Positions 10,974 through 19,983 of a DNA stretch of 64,000 bases are shown one piece after another. The DNA is taken from contig JAYPHU010000004.1 in NCBI GenBank assembly GCA_038127535.1, positions 14,232 through 78,231 on the forward strand. The letters run 5' to 3'. The first letter of the stretch is position 1; each line of letters opens with the position of its first letter. Source of the DNA: Rhodospirillaceae bacterium (GTDB taxonomy: Bacteria > Pseudomonadota > Alphaproteobacteria > Rhodospirillales > UBA2165). Position numbers and translations under genes: made by a program. The notes under the pieces were generated by a model. The model had not been told where the DNA came from. It worked only from the letters and a program-made list of their open reading frames with translations, and searched no databases.

Positions 10974-12293
10974 ATGACCGCCATCGTCTCTTCCAAACAC
11001 CTGATGAACATGATGGAAGACGCCCACGCCCGCACCAAAGAGCTATTGAGCGGGTTGGACAGCGAGCAGCTTATGGGCCCGCGCCTACCCATCGTCAATC
11101 CGCTGATTTGGGAGATTGGCCACGTTGCCTGGTTTTCGGAGCAGTTCATCCTGCGCAAGCTCCATGGATATGAGCCGACCCTGGAAGACGGCGACGCCCT
11201 CTATGACTCCATCGACATTGAACACAGCGTGCGCTGGGACCTGCCACTGCTGCAGCTCAACGAATGCCTGAGTTATATCGACGAGATCAAAGGCAAGCTG
11301 TTCGACCGGTTACCCGACGGCGACGCGACCGAGGCCGACAGCTTCATCTATCAGTTCGCCACCTTTCACCACGACATGCACAACGAGGCGTATTCCTACA
11401 CCCGCCAGACCCTGGGCTATCCCAAGCCCGACTTCTCCGCCGCCAAGGACTTGTCGTTGGACAAGGATGATTTCGGCCCCTATCCCGGCGACGTGGAAAT
11501 ACCGGGTGGGACATTCATGCTAGGGTCACGCCGGGAAGACCCGTTCTCCTTCGATAATGAGAAATGGGCCCACAAAGTTTTTGTCCATCCGTTCCAGATT
11601 GCCAAGGCCCCGGTCACCAATGAAGAATTCATGGCCTTCGTCGAGGATGACGGCTACGCGCGGCGCGATCTCTGGCCCGATATTGGCTGGAGCTGGCGGA
11701 TGCAGGAGGGCGCGGTGCACCCGGTCTACTGGATCAAGGACGCGCCCGGAAAGTGGAAGATGCGCCGCTTTGATCAGATCATTGACTTGCCGCCGCACGA
11801 GCCGGTGATCCACGTTAATTGGTTCGAGGCAATGGCCTATTGCGAATGGGCCGGCCGCCGTCTGCCCACCGAAAACGAATGGGAGGTGGCCGCCGCCTCT
11901 GAACCTGACGGCGCCGGCTTCAGCCAAACCAAGCGCCGCTATCCCTGGGGCAATGATCCGGAGACCATCGGCCGCGCCAATCTGGACGGCCGCGGTCTGG
12001 GCTGTGTCGATGTGACCGCCTTTGCCGACGGCGACAGCGCCTGGGGCTGCCGTCAGATGATGGGCAATGTGTGGGAATGGACCAACAGTATGTTTGCCCC
12101 CTACCCTGGTTTCGTCGCCGACGCTTACCGGGAATATTCAGAGCCGGTGTTCTACACACGCAAGGTGCTCCGGGGCGGCGCCTGGGCGACGCGGAGCCGC
12201 ATGGTCACGAACATGCACCGCAATTTCTTTACCGAAGAACGCCGCGACGTGCTCGCCGGTTTCCGCACCTGCGCCCCTTACGACTGGACATAA
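10974..12293 (+). CDS. senA: Selenoneine synthase (EgtB-like non-heme iron enzyme; DinB + FGE-sulfatase domains)
   Basis: VNPLIWEIGHVAWFSE, LYDS..I.H..RWDLPL, FHHDMHNEA..YTRQ, FDNEKWAH, GNVWEWT, YREYSEP, LRGGAW, RNFF...R.D...GFRTC; adjacent to senB. Confidence 0.85.
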   Translation: MTAIVSSKHLMNMMEDAHARTKELLSGLDSEQLMGPRLPIVNPLIWEIGHVAWFSEQFILRKLHGYEPTLEDGDALYDSIDIEHSVRWDLPLLQLNECLSYIDEIKGKLFDRLPDGDATEADSFIYQFATFHHDMHNEAYSYTRQTLGYPKPDFSAAKDLSLDKDDFGPYPGDVEIPGGTFMLGSRREDPFSFDNEKWAHKVFVHPFQIAKAPVTNEEFMAFVEDDGYARRDLWPDIGWSWRMQEGAVHPVYWIKDAPGKWKMRRFDQIIDLPPHEPVIHVNWFEAMAYCEWAGRRLPTENEWEVAAASEPDGAGFSQTKRRYPWGNDPETIGRANLDGRGLGCVDVTAFADGDSAWGCRQMMGNVWEWTNSMFAPYPGFVADAYREYSEPVFYTRKVLRGGAWATRSRMVTNMHRNFFTEERRDVLAGFRTCAPYDWT

Positions 12294-12399
12294 TAATCCC
12301 GAGCCGACAGGGCTTGTGTTGACTGGTCTCAGCCTCTTTAAATAGTTCTGAAATAGGCGAAACGCCAATGGTTAACGCCTAAGGGAGGACGGCGGCAGA

Positions 12400-13944
12400 A
12401 TGATTACCCAACTCAGCGCATTGGATCGCGCCCGCAAGCTCTATGCGGACAATCCGGCCATTGTCGACCGGGAACGCAATTTCACCTGGGCCGAGCATGT
12501 GGACCGGGCGGAAAAGCTTGCCGGCGCGCTGCAGACCATGGGCGTCGGGCCAGGCGACCGGTTCGGGATCATCTGCGAAAACAGCTTCCGATATACAGAG
12601 CTTTTGCACGCCGGCTATTGGGGCGGGGCTATCCCGGTACCCATCAATCACCGCCTGGCGCCGCCTGAAATCCTGCACATTCTGGAAGATGCCGAATGCA
12701 AAGTCTTGGGCCTGGGCAAAGGCTTCCTGGGCATGATCGACGAAGATGAAATCGCACCCTGGCGGGACACGGCCTTCTATATCGGCCCGCAAGACGACAG
12801 CATCTCGCTCCCCCAATATGAAACCCTCCTCGCCGCCGCCGATCCGGCAGTGCCCCACGAAGTAGAAGAGGACGACCTGGCGCTGTTGCTCTATACGGGC
12901 GGCACCACCGGGCGCAGTAAGGGCGTGCAGCTCAGCCACAAGAACACCATCTCCAACGGCATGCAGATGGCGATCTGCATGCATGCTCACAGCCACGATA
13001 TTTACCTGCACGCCGCGCCCATGTTCCACGCGGCGGACCTGCTGGCCACAGCCTTCACCATCACCGGCGGCGCGCATGCATACCTGCCGGCCTTTACGCC
13101 GGTGGATATTTTGACCGCGATCCAGGATTATCGGGTTACCTGCACGATGATGGCGCCGACGATGATCATCATGTCGCTGACCGATAGTCTCTTTAGGAAC
13201 TTCGACACGTCGAGCCTGCGGCTCATGCTTTATGGCTCCTCGCCCATGGCGGCAGAGTGGGTGGCCAAGACCATGGAAGGCTTCCCCAATTCCGATATTG
13301 TCCAGGGCTATGGACTGACCGAGACGTCGCCGATCCTCACCTACCTGAATGCCCAGGAACACCGCGATGCGGTCGAGTCGGGCGATATTTCCGTGCTCCG
13401 CGCTGCCGGACGGCCACTGACCGCCACCGACATGAAGATCACTGACGACGATGGCAATGAACTTTCCTTAGGCGAGGTAGGCGAGGTGACCGTGCGCGGC
13501 CCACAGGTTTCCACCACGGGTTATCTCAACCGACCGGAGGAAACGGAGAGAGCTTTCCGGGACGGCTGGTTCCACACCGGTGACGTGGGCCGGATGGACA
13601 AGACCGGGCTGATGTATCTCATGGATCGCAAGAAGGACATGATTGTCTCCGGTGGAGAGAACATCTACACCTCAGAGGTGGAGGCGGCCCTCTATCAACA
13701 TCCGGACATCCAGGAGTGCGCGGTGGTCGGCGTGCCGGACGAGAAATTCGGCGAGGCCCTGTTTGCGGTTATCGTCGCCCGGGACGGCGCCAGCCTTTCC
13801 GATACGGATGTCATCAACCATTGCCGGGAACGGATCGGCGGATACAAAATTCCGAGGCGCATGGACTTCGTGGCTGAAATGCCGAAAAGCGCCATGGGCA
13901 AAATCTTGAAAAATGAACTCCGCCGCATCTACAGCGGTGAATAA
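12400..13944 (+). CDS. Acyl-CoA synthetase (AMP-binding, long-chain fatty acid-CoA ligase family)
   Basis: YTGGTTGRSKG, GYGLTET, GWFHTGD, DRKKDMIVSGGENIY, PKSAMGKILK. Confidence 0.9.
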   Translation: MITQLSALDRARKLYADNPAIVDRERNFTWAEHVDRAEKLAGALQTMGVGPGDRFGIICENSFRYTELLHAGYWGGAIPVPINHRLAPPEILHILEDAECKVLGLGKGFLGMIDEDEIAPWRDTAFYIGPQDDSISLPQYETLLAAADPAVPHEVEEDDLALLLYTGGTTGRSKGVQLSHKNTISNGMQMAICMHAHSHDIYLHAAPMFHAADLLATAFTITGGAHAYLPAFTPVDILTAIQDYRVTCTMMAPTMIIMSLTDSLFRNFDTSSLRLMLYGSSPMAAEWVAKTMEGFPNSDIVQGYGLTETSPILTYLNAQEHRDAVESGDISVLRAAGRPLTATDMKITDDDGNELSLGEVGEVTVRGPQVSTTGYLNRPEETERAFRDGWFHTGDVGRMDKTGLMYLMDRKKDMIVSGGENIYTSEVEAALYQHPDIQECAVVGVPDEKFGEALFAVIVARDGASLSDTDVINHCRERIGGYKIPRRMDFVAEMPKSAMGKILKNELRRIYSGE

Positions 13945-13968
13945 CCAAACCAGTCAGGGGTAAGAACT

Positions 13969-16293
13969 ATGGGCGTATTTGCAGTCGGACAACCGGTCAG
14001 CCGCACGGAGGACCCGCGACTTCTCACCGGCCGGGGGCTCTATATCAATGACCGTACCCTCCCCCGGGAGGCTCAGCTCTATATCCTGCGCTCGCCCCAC
14101 GCGCATGCCAAGATCAACGGGATCGACACAGCGGCGGCGGCGGCGGCGCCTGGCGTCCTGGCCGTCCTGACCGGCGAGGACCTGGCCAAGGAGAACTGGG
14201 GCACAACCAAGATCACCTTTCCGCAAAAGCGCCCAAACGGGGATCCCGCTTATCACGCCCCCCACCCCGGCCTGGTCAGGGACCGAGTGCGTTTCGTCGG
14301 CGACCATGTGGCCCTGGTGATCGCCGAGAGCCTGAACCAGGCAAAGGATGCGGCTGAGCTGGTCGAGGTAGACTATGAACCTCTTACCCCGGTCACGGTG
14401 ACCGCTGACGCCACCAAGGATGACACGCCGCGCATCTGGGACGATTGCGACAATAATATCGCCTATGTGGCCAAGCTGGGCGACGAAGAGGCCACCGACG
14501 CCGCCTTCGCCGAAGCCGATCATGTTGTCTCCCGCAAGTTTGTCATCAATCGCATCTCCGCCAACGCCATGGAAAACCGGGGCTGCATCGGCGAATACGA
14601 TGCGCGGGAGGACCGCTACATCCTCTATGCCGACCTGCAGACACCCCACAGCGCACGAACGATACTGTCCCAGGTGCTAAATGTGTCGGAACGACAAATC
14701 CAAGTGATTGCCGGCAATGTGGGCGGTGCGTTCGGCATGAAGGGCCCGATCTATCCGGAACACCGGCTGGTGCTCTGGGCTTCAAAGGTCGTCGGCCGGC
14801 CGGTCAAGTGGAACGCGGACCGAAGCGAGTCCCTGCAAAGCGACGAGCACGCGCGGGACAATGTCTCCGAGGCCTCCCTGGCGCTGAGCAAAACTGGCCA
14901 GTTCCTTGGTATCCGCGCCAATAACTTAGCCAGCCTGGGCGCGTACCTCTCGTCCGACCGGGGTATGCTGCCCACCTTCCAGAACATGGGCGTGATCGCC
15001 GGCACCTACACGACTAAAGCAATCTATGTGGAGGTCTCGGGCGTCTTCACCAATATGAACACGACTGCGCCCTTCCGGGGCGCAGGCCGGCCCGAGGCCG
15101 CCTACATCCTGGAACGGCTGATCGATCTGGCGGCGGCCGAGCTCAAGATGGACCGGACGGAGATCCGGCGCATGAATACGATCCCCGCCGACGCAATGCC
15201 CTACAAGACGGCGCTGATGTATACATATGACTGCGGAGAGTTTGAAAAGAACCTGGACCGCGTTATCGAGATGATCGATTACGCCGGTTTCGAAACCCGC
15301 CGCGAGGAAGCCCAAGGCCGCGGAAAGCTGCGTGGTCTCGGGATCACCAACACGATTGAGCGCGCCGCCTCGGTTTCCACGGAAACAGTGGAAGTGCGGT
15401 TTGACCCGGCCGGCGATGTGACCGTCCTTGCCGGATCCAAGGATCAGGGACAAAGCCACGACACCATGTATAAGATCCTGCTTGGGGAACACCTGGGCAT
15501 TGATTCCGATCGGGTCCGGCTGATCGACGGTGATACGGACAAGGTCTCATCCGGCGTGGGCACGTTCGGTTCCCGCTCCGCGGTGATGGGCGGGTCCGCC
15601 ATCAAGATCGCGTCGGGCAAGCTGATCGAGAAAGGCAAAACCATCGCCGCGCATATCCTCGAAGCCGCCGAGTCGGACATTGAGTTCGAGGGCGGACAAT
15701 TCAAGGTGGCCGGCACCGACAAGTCCGTCGATATCCACGACGTGGCCAAGGCCGCCTACAGTCCCGGCAAGATGCCGCCGGGCGTGGAGCACGGGTTCCA
15801 CGAGACCGGCGTGTTCAATCTGGATAAGCCGACCTTCCCCAACGGGGCGCACGCGGTGGAACTGGAGATCGATCCAGACACGGGCGAGACGGAGATTATC
15901 AATTACTGCGTGGTCGACGATGTTGGGAACGTGATCAACCCGTTGACCCTGAAGGGCCAAATCCATGGCGGCGTAGCCATGGGCGTGGGCCAGGCGCTGA
16001 TGGAAGACGTCGCCTACGACAAGGAAAGCGGGCAGTTGCTCAGCGGCTCCTTCATGGATTACGCCATGCCCCACGCGGACAATCTGTGCTACATCGCGGT
16101 GGAAAGCCAGCCGGTGCCGACGGACACCAACCCGCTCGGCGTTAAAGGCGCGGGCGAAGCCGGCACTGTGGGCGCCCTGCCGGCCGTCCTGAATGCGGTG
16201 GCCGATGCGCTGTCCCCCATCGGCATCGACGACATTCCGATGCCCGCTACGCCGGAGAAGATTTGGCGGGCTATTCAGGACGCCACGGCGTAA
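13969..16293 (+). CDS. Xanthine dehydrogenase family molybdopterin-binding large subunit (CoxL form II-like)
   Basis: R.EDPRLLTGRG, RSPHAHA, VGGAFGMK, PFRGAGRPEA, QGQSHDT, GTFGSRS, GQIHGG, KGAGEAG. Confidence 0.9.
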   Translation: MGVFAVGQPVSRTEDPRLLTGRGLYINDRTLPREAQLYILRSPHAHAKINGIDTAAAAAAPGVLAVLTGEDLAKENWGTTKITFPQKRPNGDPAYHAPHPGLVRDRVRFVGDHVALVIAESLNQAKDAAELVEVDYEPLTPVTVTADATKDDTPRIWDDCDNNIAYVAKLGDEEATDAAFAEADHVVSRKFVINRISANAMENRGCIGEYDAREDRYILYADLQTPHSARTILSQVLNVSERQIQVIAGNVGGAFGMKGPIYPEHRLVLWASKVVGRPVKWNADRSESLQSDEHARDNVSEASLALSKTGQFLGIRANNLASLGAYLSSDRGMLPTFQNMGVIAGTYTTKAIYVEVSGVFTNMNTTAPFRGAGRPEAAYILERLIDLAAAELKMDRTEIRRMNTIPADAMPYKTALMYTYDCGEFEKNLDRVIEMIDYAGFETRREEAQGRGKLRGLGITNTIERAASVSTETVEVRFDPAGDVTVLAGSKDQGQSHDTMYKILLGEHLGIDSDRVRLIDGDTDKVSSGVGTFGSRSAVMGGSAIKIASGKLIEKGKTIAAHILEAAESDIEFEGGQFKVAGTDKSVDIHDVAKAAYSPGKMPPGVEHGFHETGVFNLDKPTFPNGAHAVELEIDPDTGETEIINYCVVDDVGNVINPLTLKGQIHGGVAMGVGQALMEDVAYDKESGQLLSGSFMDYAMPHADNLCYIAVESQPVPTDTNPLGVKGAGEAGTVGALPAVLNAVADALSPIGIDDIPMPATPEKIWRAIQDATA

Positions 16294-16316
16294 AATGCCA
16301 TCAGGGAGTATTTCAC

Positions 16317-17921
16317 ATGGCTGACATCGATCTGGACAAATTCAGGCTCCGCAAGTTCGTCGAAAAACTCGACGACATGGGCGAGGTGCATCATCACGAC
16401 GAGCCCATAGACCTCTCCGATCTGTCTTCGGCCTACGAGATTAGCGACAAGGCTCTACTGTTCAAACAGGCCGGCCCGGAGAAGCTCGAACTGGTCGCCA
16501 ATGTGAACGGTAGCCGCAAGCGGGTCGCCGCCGCCTTGGGTGTTTCGGAAGAAGAGTCTTTGGCAGAATACCAGCGCCGGCTTGCCAATCCACAGCCGGT
16601 GGTCGAAATTCCCAATGACGAAGCGCCGTGCCGGCAGGTGGTGCTGACCGGCGACGATATTGATCTCACCAAGCTGCCCTTTCATGTGCAGCATCGATTT
16701 GACGGCAGCGCCTATCTGTCGTCGGGCATCGATTACACGGTCGATCCTAATACTGGCATCACAAACGTGGGTGCCCGGCGGCTGAGCCTCCGCAACAAAA
16801 CTAGCGCCGGCACCAATGTCACTGCACCGTCCGATTTGAAACGCATCTACCAGGGCTGCGTGGCGCGGGGCGAGAAACTGCCGATCAATTTCGCCATCGG
16901 CGGCCACCCGCTGGATTTCCTGGCGGCTGGCATGCGTGCCCCGGCGGATGAAATAACGCTGGTCGGCACGCTTCGTGGCGAGCCCGTGCCGCTGGTCAAG
17001 GGTCTCACCAACGATGTGCGGGTCCCGGCAGATGCGGAGATGATTCTCGAAGGCTATTTCGACGAACAAGGCTATATCGAGCCAGACGGTCCTTACGGCG
17101 AATATGTGGGCTATTACGGGCCGATGCATCTGGACCCGGTCTATCACGTCACCGCCATCACCATGCGCGAGGATGTGCTGCATCAAACCCTGCTGCACGG
17201 CGCAGGCTATAACCTCCAGCGCTGCGATTCTTCAAACCTTCTCTCCGTTCGTGGCGAAAATCAGGTCTATACCGTGCTCAAGAACGTCAATATCCAGGTC
17301 GTGGATGTCTATATACCGCCGGCCTCCGCCGAAGGACAGCACGTCCGCGTCTCGATCAAACAACAACGCCCGGGGCAAGCGCGCTCCGCCATCACCGCCT
17401 TGTTTGGCGCCATGTTCGGCGCGAAGCATGTCTTTGTCGTCGATGAGGACATCAACATCCGCGATGAACATCACTGGGAATGGGCCATGGTCTCCCGCTT
17501 CCAGGCCGACAAGGACATCATGGTGATGAACGGCATGGCCGGCATGCCCATGGACCCGTCTCTGGATCACGGTCTTTTCGGCGCGAAAGCGGGCTTTGAC
17601 ATGACACTCCCTCTTCACCGCCGCCATGAACTGGCGCTGACGCCGTCCGTGGCGCCCAAACTGACCGGGAGCGCCCGCTATCAGACGGTGGAGCAGGCCC
17701 TGGAAGAAGCCGGGCCGCTGTTCTTCTCCGATGTGATGGAGGCGCTGGGCAGCCGGGATGGCCGCGAGATTGCCGTTAAGCTTGATGAATTGCGAGCGAA
17801 TGGTAGACTAATGCGTGATTCGGATGGGCGCTATCTCATGGGTGACGCCCCGAAGGGATCGACTGGGCTATATGGTCCGCAGCGGGAAGACCCAAACAGA
17901 TACACAGGAACATCGCGATGA
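16317..17921 (+). CDS. UbiD family (prFMN-dependent) decarboxylase with C-terminal extension
   Basis: DIDLTKLP..H..DG..YLSSG, NVG.RR, VPADAEMILEG, DGPYGEYVGYY, VVDEDINI, PMDPS; start at ATG 16317 with RBS GGGAG. Confidence 0.88.
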   Translation: MADIDLDKFRLRKFVEKLDDMGEVHHHDEPIDLSDLSSAYEISDKALLFKQAGPEKLELVANVNGSRKRVAAALGVSEEESLAEYQRRLANPQPVVEIPNDEAPCRQVVLTGDDIDLTKLPFHVQHRFDGSAYLSSGIDYTVDPNTGITNVGARRLSLRNKTSAGTNVTAPSDLKRIYQGCVARGEKLPINFAIGGHPLDFLAAGMRAPADEITLVGTLRGEPVPLVKGLTNDVRVPADAEMILEGYFDEQGYIEPDGPYGEYVGYYGPMHLDPVYHVTAITMREDVLHQTLLHGAGYNLQRCDSSNLLSVRGENQVYTVLKNVNIQVVDVYIPPASAEGQHVRVSIKQQRPGQARSAITALFGAMFGAKHVFVVDEDINIRDEHHWEWAMVSRFQADKDIMVMNGMAGMPMDPSLDHGLFGAKAGFDMTLPLHRRHELALTPSVAPKLTGSARYQTVEQALEEAGPLFFSDVMEALGSRDGREIAVKLDELRANGRLMRDSDGRYLMGDAPKGSTGLYGPQREDPNRYTGTSR

Positions 17922-18937
17922 AATTCGGATTATTCGGCGGCGCAGTAGCCAAAAAAGACGCCGCTACCGCGGATAGTCAGGGTTATGGACATTTTATAGA
18001 TATGGTGCTGGAAGCGGAGGAATTGGGCTATGACAGCATCAGGCTAGTAGAACATCATTTCACTGGTGGCGGACAAGTCTCCGCTTCGCTCTCGCTCTTA
18101 ACCTACGTTGCCGCTCAAACTAAGCGAATTCGTCTAGGCACCGCAGTAACTGTATTACCTTGGCACAACCCAGTCTTGATTGCAGAGCAGACCGCTACTC
18201 TTGATCTTTTGTCGGGCGGCCGGCTCGACTTCGGTGTCGGTAAGGGCTACCGAGATATGGAATACAAAGGGTTTTGCATCCCCAAGGAAGAAGCAATGGA
18301 ACGTTATGAAGAATCCGTTGGGGTTATCCGCAAGGCCTGGACATCGGAAGATCGTTTTGATCATAACGGAAAGTACTGGCAGTTTGATGATATCGTAGTA
18401 GAACCGTCACCTATCCAAAAGCCGCATCCGCCACTTTGGTCAGCTGCTGGTACAAACGAATCTATCGCATACGTTGCAGAAACTGGCTTAAACGTGATGC
18501 TTGATCACTTCGCTTCGTTCGAACGCACCCAAGAACGTCTCAACGCCTGGACCCAAGCTTGCGCAAGGATCGGCCGGAACTTTGACCCGACGGAAGTGGC
18601 GTTGGCCCGCGGACTCACTATCACCAATTCCGAGAGCGATCTGAATGCGGCGCTGAAACAGCGCGATGAGCGCGTTAGTAAAATGATTGAAAAGTACGGA
18701 GCACTGCCCGGTCTCCAGAGAAATAAGCCCGAAAGTTATTCCGATCGCGGCCTGGACATGGATGATGCCGCTCTGATCGGCACGCCCGAGATAATTGTGG
18801 AGAGGCTACGCGTTCTGCAGAAAATGGGTTTTGAACACATTCTAATTTTGTTGCCTGATGATCGTGAATCTATCCGCATTTTCGCAAATGAGGTGATGCC
18901 GGAGTTCCAAGACATGAAAGCCGCTGCCGCCGAGTAA
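17918..18937 (+). CDS. LLM-class flavin-dependent oxidoreductase
   Basis: AEELGYD..LVEHHF, TKRIRLGTAV, DLLSGGRLDFGVGKGY, P.P.QKPHPPLW; ATGA overlap with ubiD. Confidence 0.9.
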   Translation: MKFGLFGGAVAKKDAATADSQGYGHFIDMVLEAEELGYDSIRLVEHHFTGGGQVSASLSLLTYVAAQTKRIRLGTAVTVLPWHNPVLIAEQTATLDLLSGGRLDFGVGKGYRDMEYKGFCIPKEEAMERYEESVGVIRKAWTSEDRFDHNGKYWQFDDIVVEPSPIQKPHPPLWSAAGTNESIAYVAETGLNVMLDHFASFERTQERLNAWTQACARIGRNFDPTEVALARGLTITNSESDLNAALKQRDERVSKMIEKYGALPGLQRNKPESYSDRGLDMDDAALIGTPEIIVERLRVLQKMGFEHILILLPDDRESIRIFANEVMPEFQDMKAAAAE

Positions 18938-19147
18938 GCTCTGTCAAACGACCACCGTGAAATCATGACGCATGGTGGTATGGTTTTTGTTCAGACCAAG
19001 CCAATCCCTCGCTTCTTTCCCGCTTCGGGACACCCGGGGTTCCTTATCGCCCTAAGAGAGCCAGCCGGCCAGAATCAATGGTGTGGAATTTCGTAGTCCT
19101 GATCATGAGCTGCCACCGAGGCAATCTTGGCGCTTTCCAAACCCTGA

Positions 19148-19711
19148 TCAAACGTGTCGAAAACTTTCCGCGCCTGCAAGGAAACGGTATGGTCGTTTGG
19201 CTGTGCGTGGCAGCTCGGCCATGCGCCTGGTTTCATAGGGTTCCACAGTGCGATCCCGCACCCGCTTCTCCATGGTGGCATAGGCTTCGCCGACTTCGTT
19301 CAACGCTCGCTGCCAGGTAATGACATACCTGATCGCCCTTACGAGAAGCGACGGAGTGAGCTCATTTTTGTCGAGAAAGTCAGCAGCGCCTGCGGCGGAG
19401 GCCTGCCTGTCCAATTCCGAGCTACCGAAACCCGTCAGAAAAATCACCGGCATATTCGGCACGATTTCCCGGAGATCCTTTAATACATCCAGGCCACTTT
19501 CTCTGCTCGGGTCGTGGTCGAGAAGGCAGACGTCAAAATAGAGATCACCGCATTGAACCAATCCCTCGGTTCCGGACCTCGCCCACACCACTTCATAGTC
19601 TGAGACGGAATCGCCCCTCAGCATCCTTTCGACCAACAAGGCATCACTCTCGTCGTCATCAATCACGGGGACCTTGATTGGAAATGCTGAATATTGCTCG
19701 CTGGTACTCAT
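19148..19711 (-). pseudogene. Response-regulator receiver domain plus coiled-coil; probably a truncated hybrid sensor
   Basis: VIDDDE, FDVCLLDH, PVIFLTG, AADFLDK..L....L.RAIRY, then EKRVRDRT.E linker and no kinase domain. Confidence 0.6.
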
Positions 19712-19848
19712 ACCATCTCTGATTGGTCTTGTTCCCAACACACCGCAACGATGGCAATCCATCCCCAAGAGCGGTGACGGCCTCCGGCAGTAGTCCTAGC
19801 ACTGGCTTCAACCGCAATTACGTTCTGGGATACCTTTAGAGCAATTGA

Positions 19849-19864
19849 TGTGATCCGGATCACA
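19849..19864. promoter_or_regulatory. Perfect CRP-type site TGTGA-TCCGGA-TCACA
   Basis: Exact TGTGA-N6-TCACA, fully palindromic, in the AT-rich divergent intergenic region. Confidence 0.7.
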
Positions 19865-19983
19865 AAAAAATAGTTATCCCCGAAAATATTCGTAACTTAT
19901 TGAATTATCGAAATAAAATATAGCATTGTAACGATCTCCGTAATGTCGGAGCCTAGTGAAAATTTCAAACTGAGAGGGTCCAG

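Noticed and set aside
10974-12293. Ergothioneine synthase egtB
   Set aside because: NPxxWExGHxxWF and HxDMHxEA signatures plus the adjacent senB indicate SenA; no egtD nearby.
14131-14148. (GCG)6 microsatellite
   Set aside because: An in-frame poly-Ala in a normally Ala-rich helix; no sign of phase variation.
13969-16293. Aerobic CO dehydrogenase (coxL form I)
   Set aside because: It lacks AYxCSFR, and no coxM/coxS or accessory genes are nearby.
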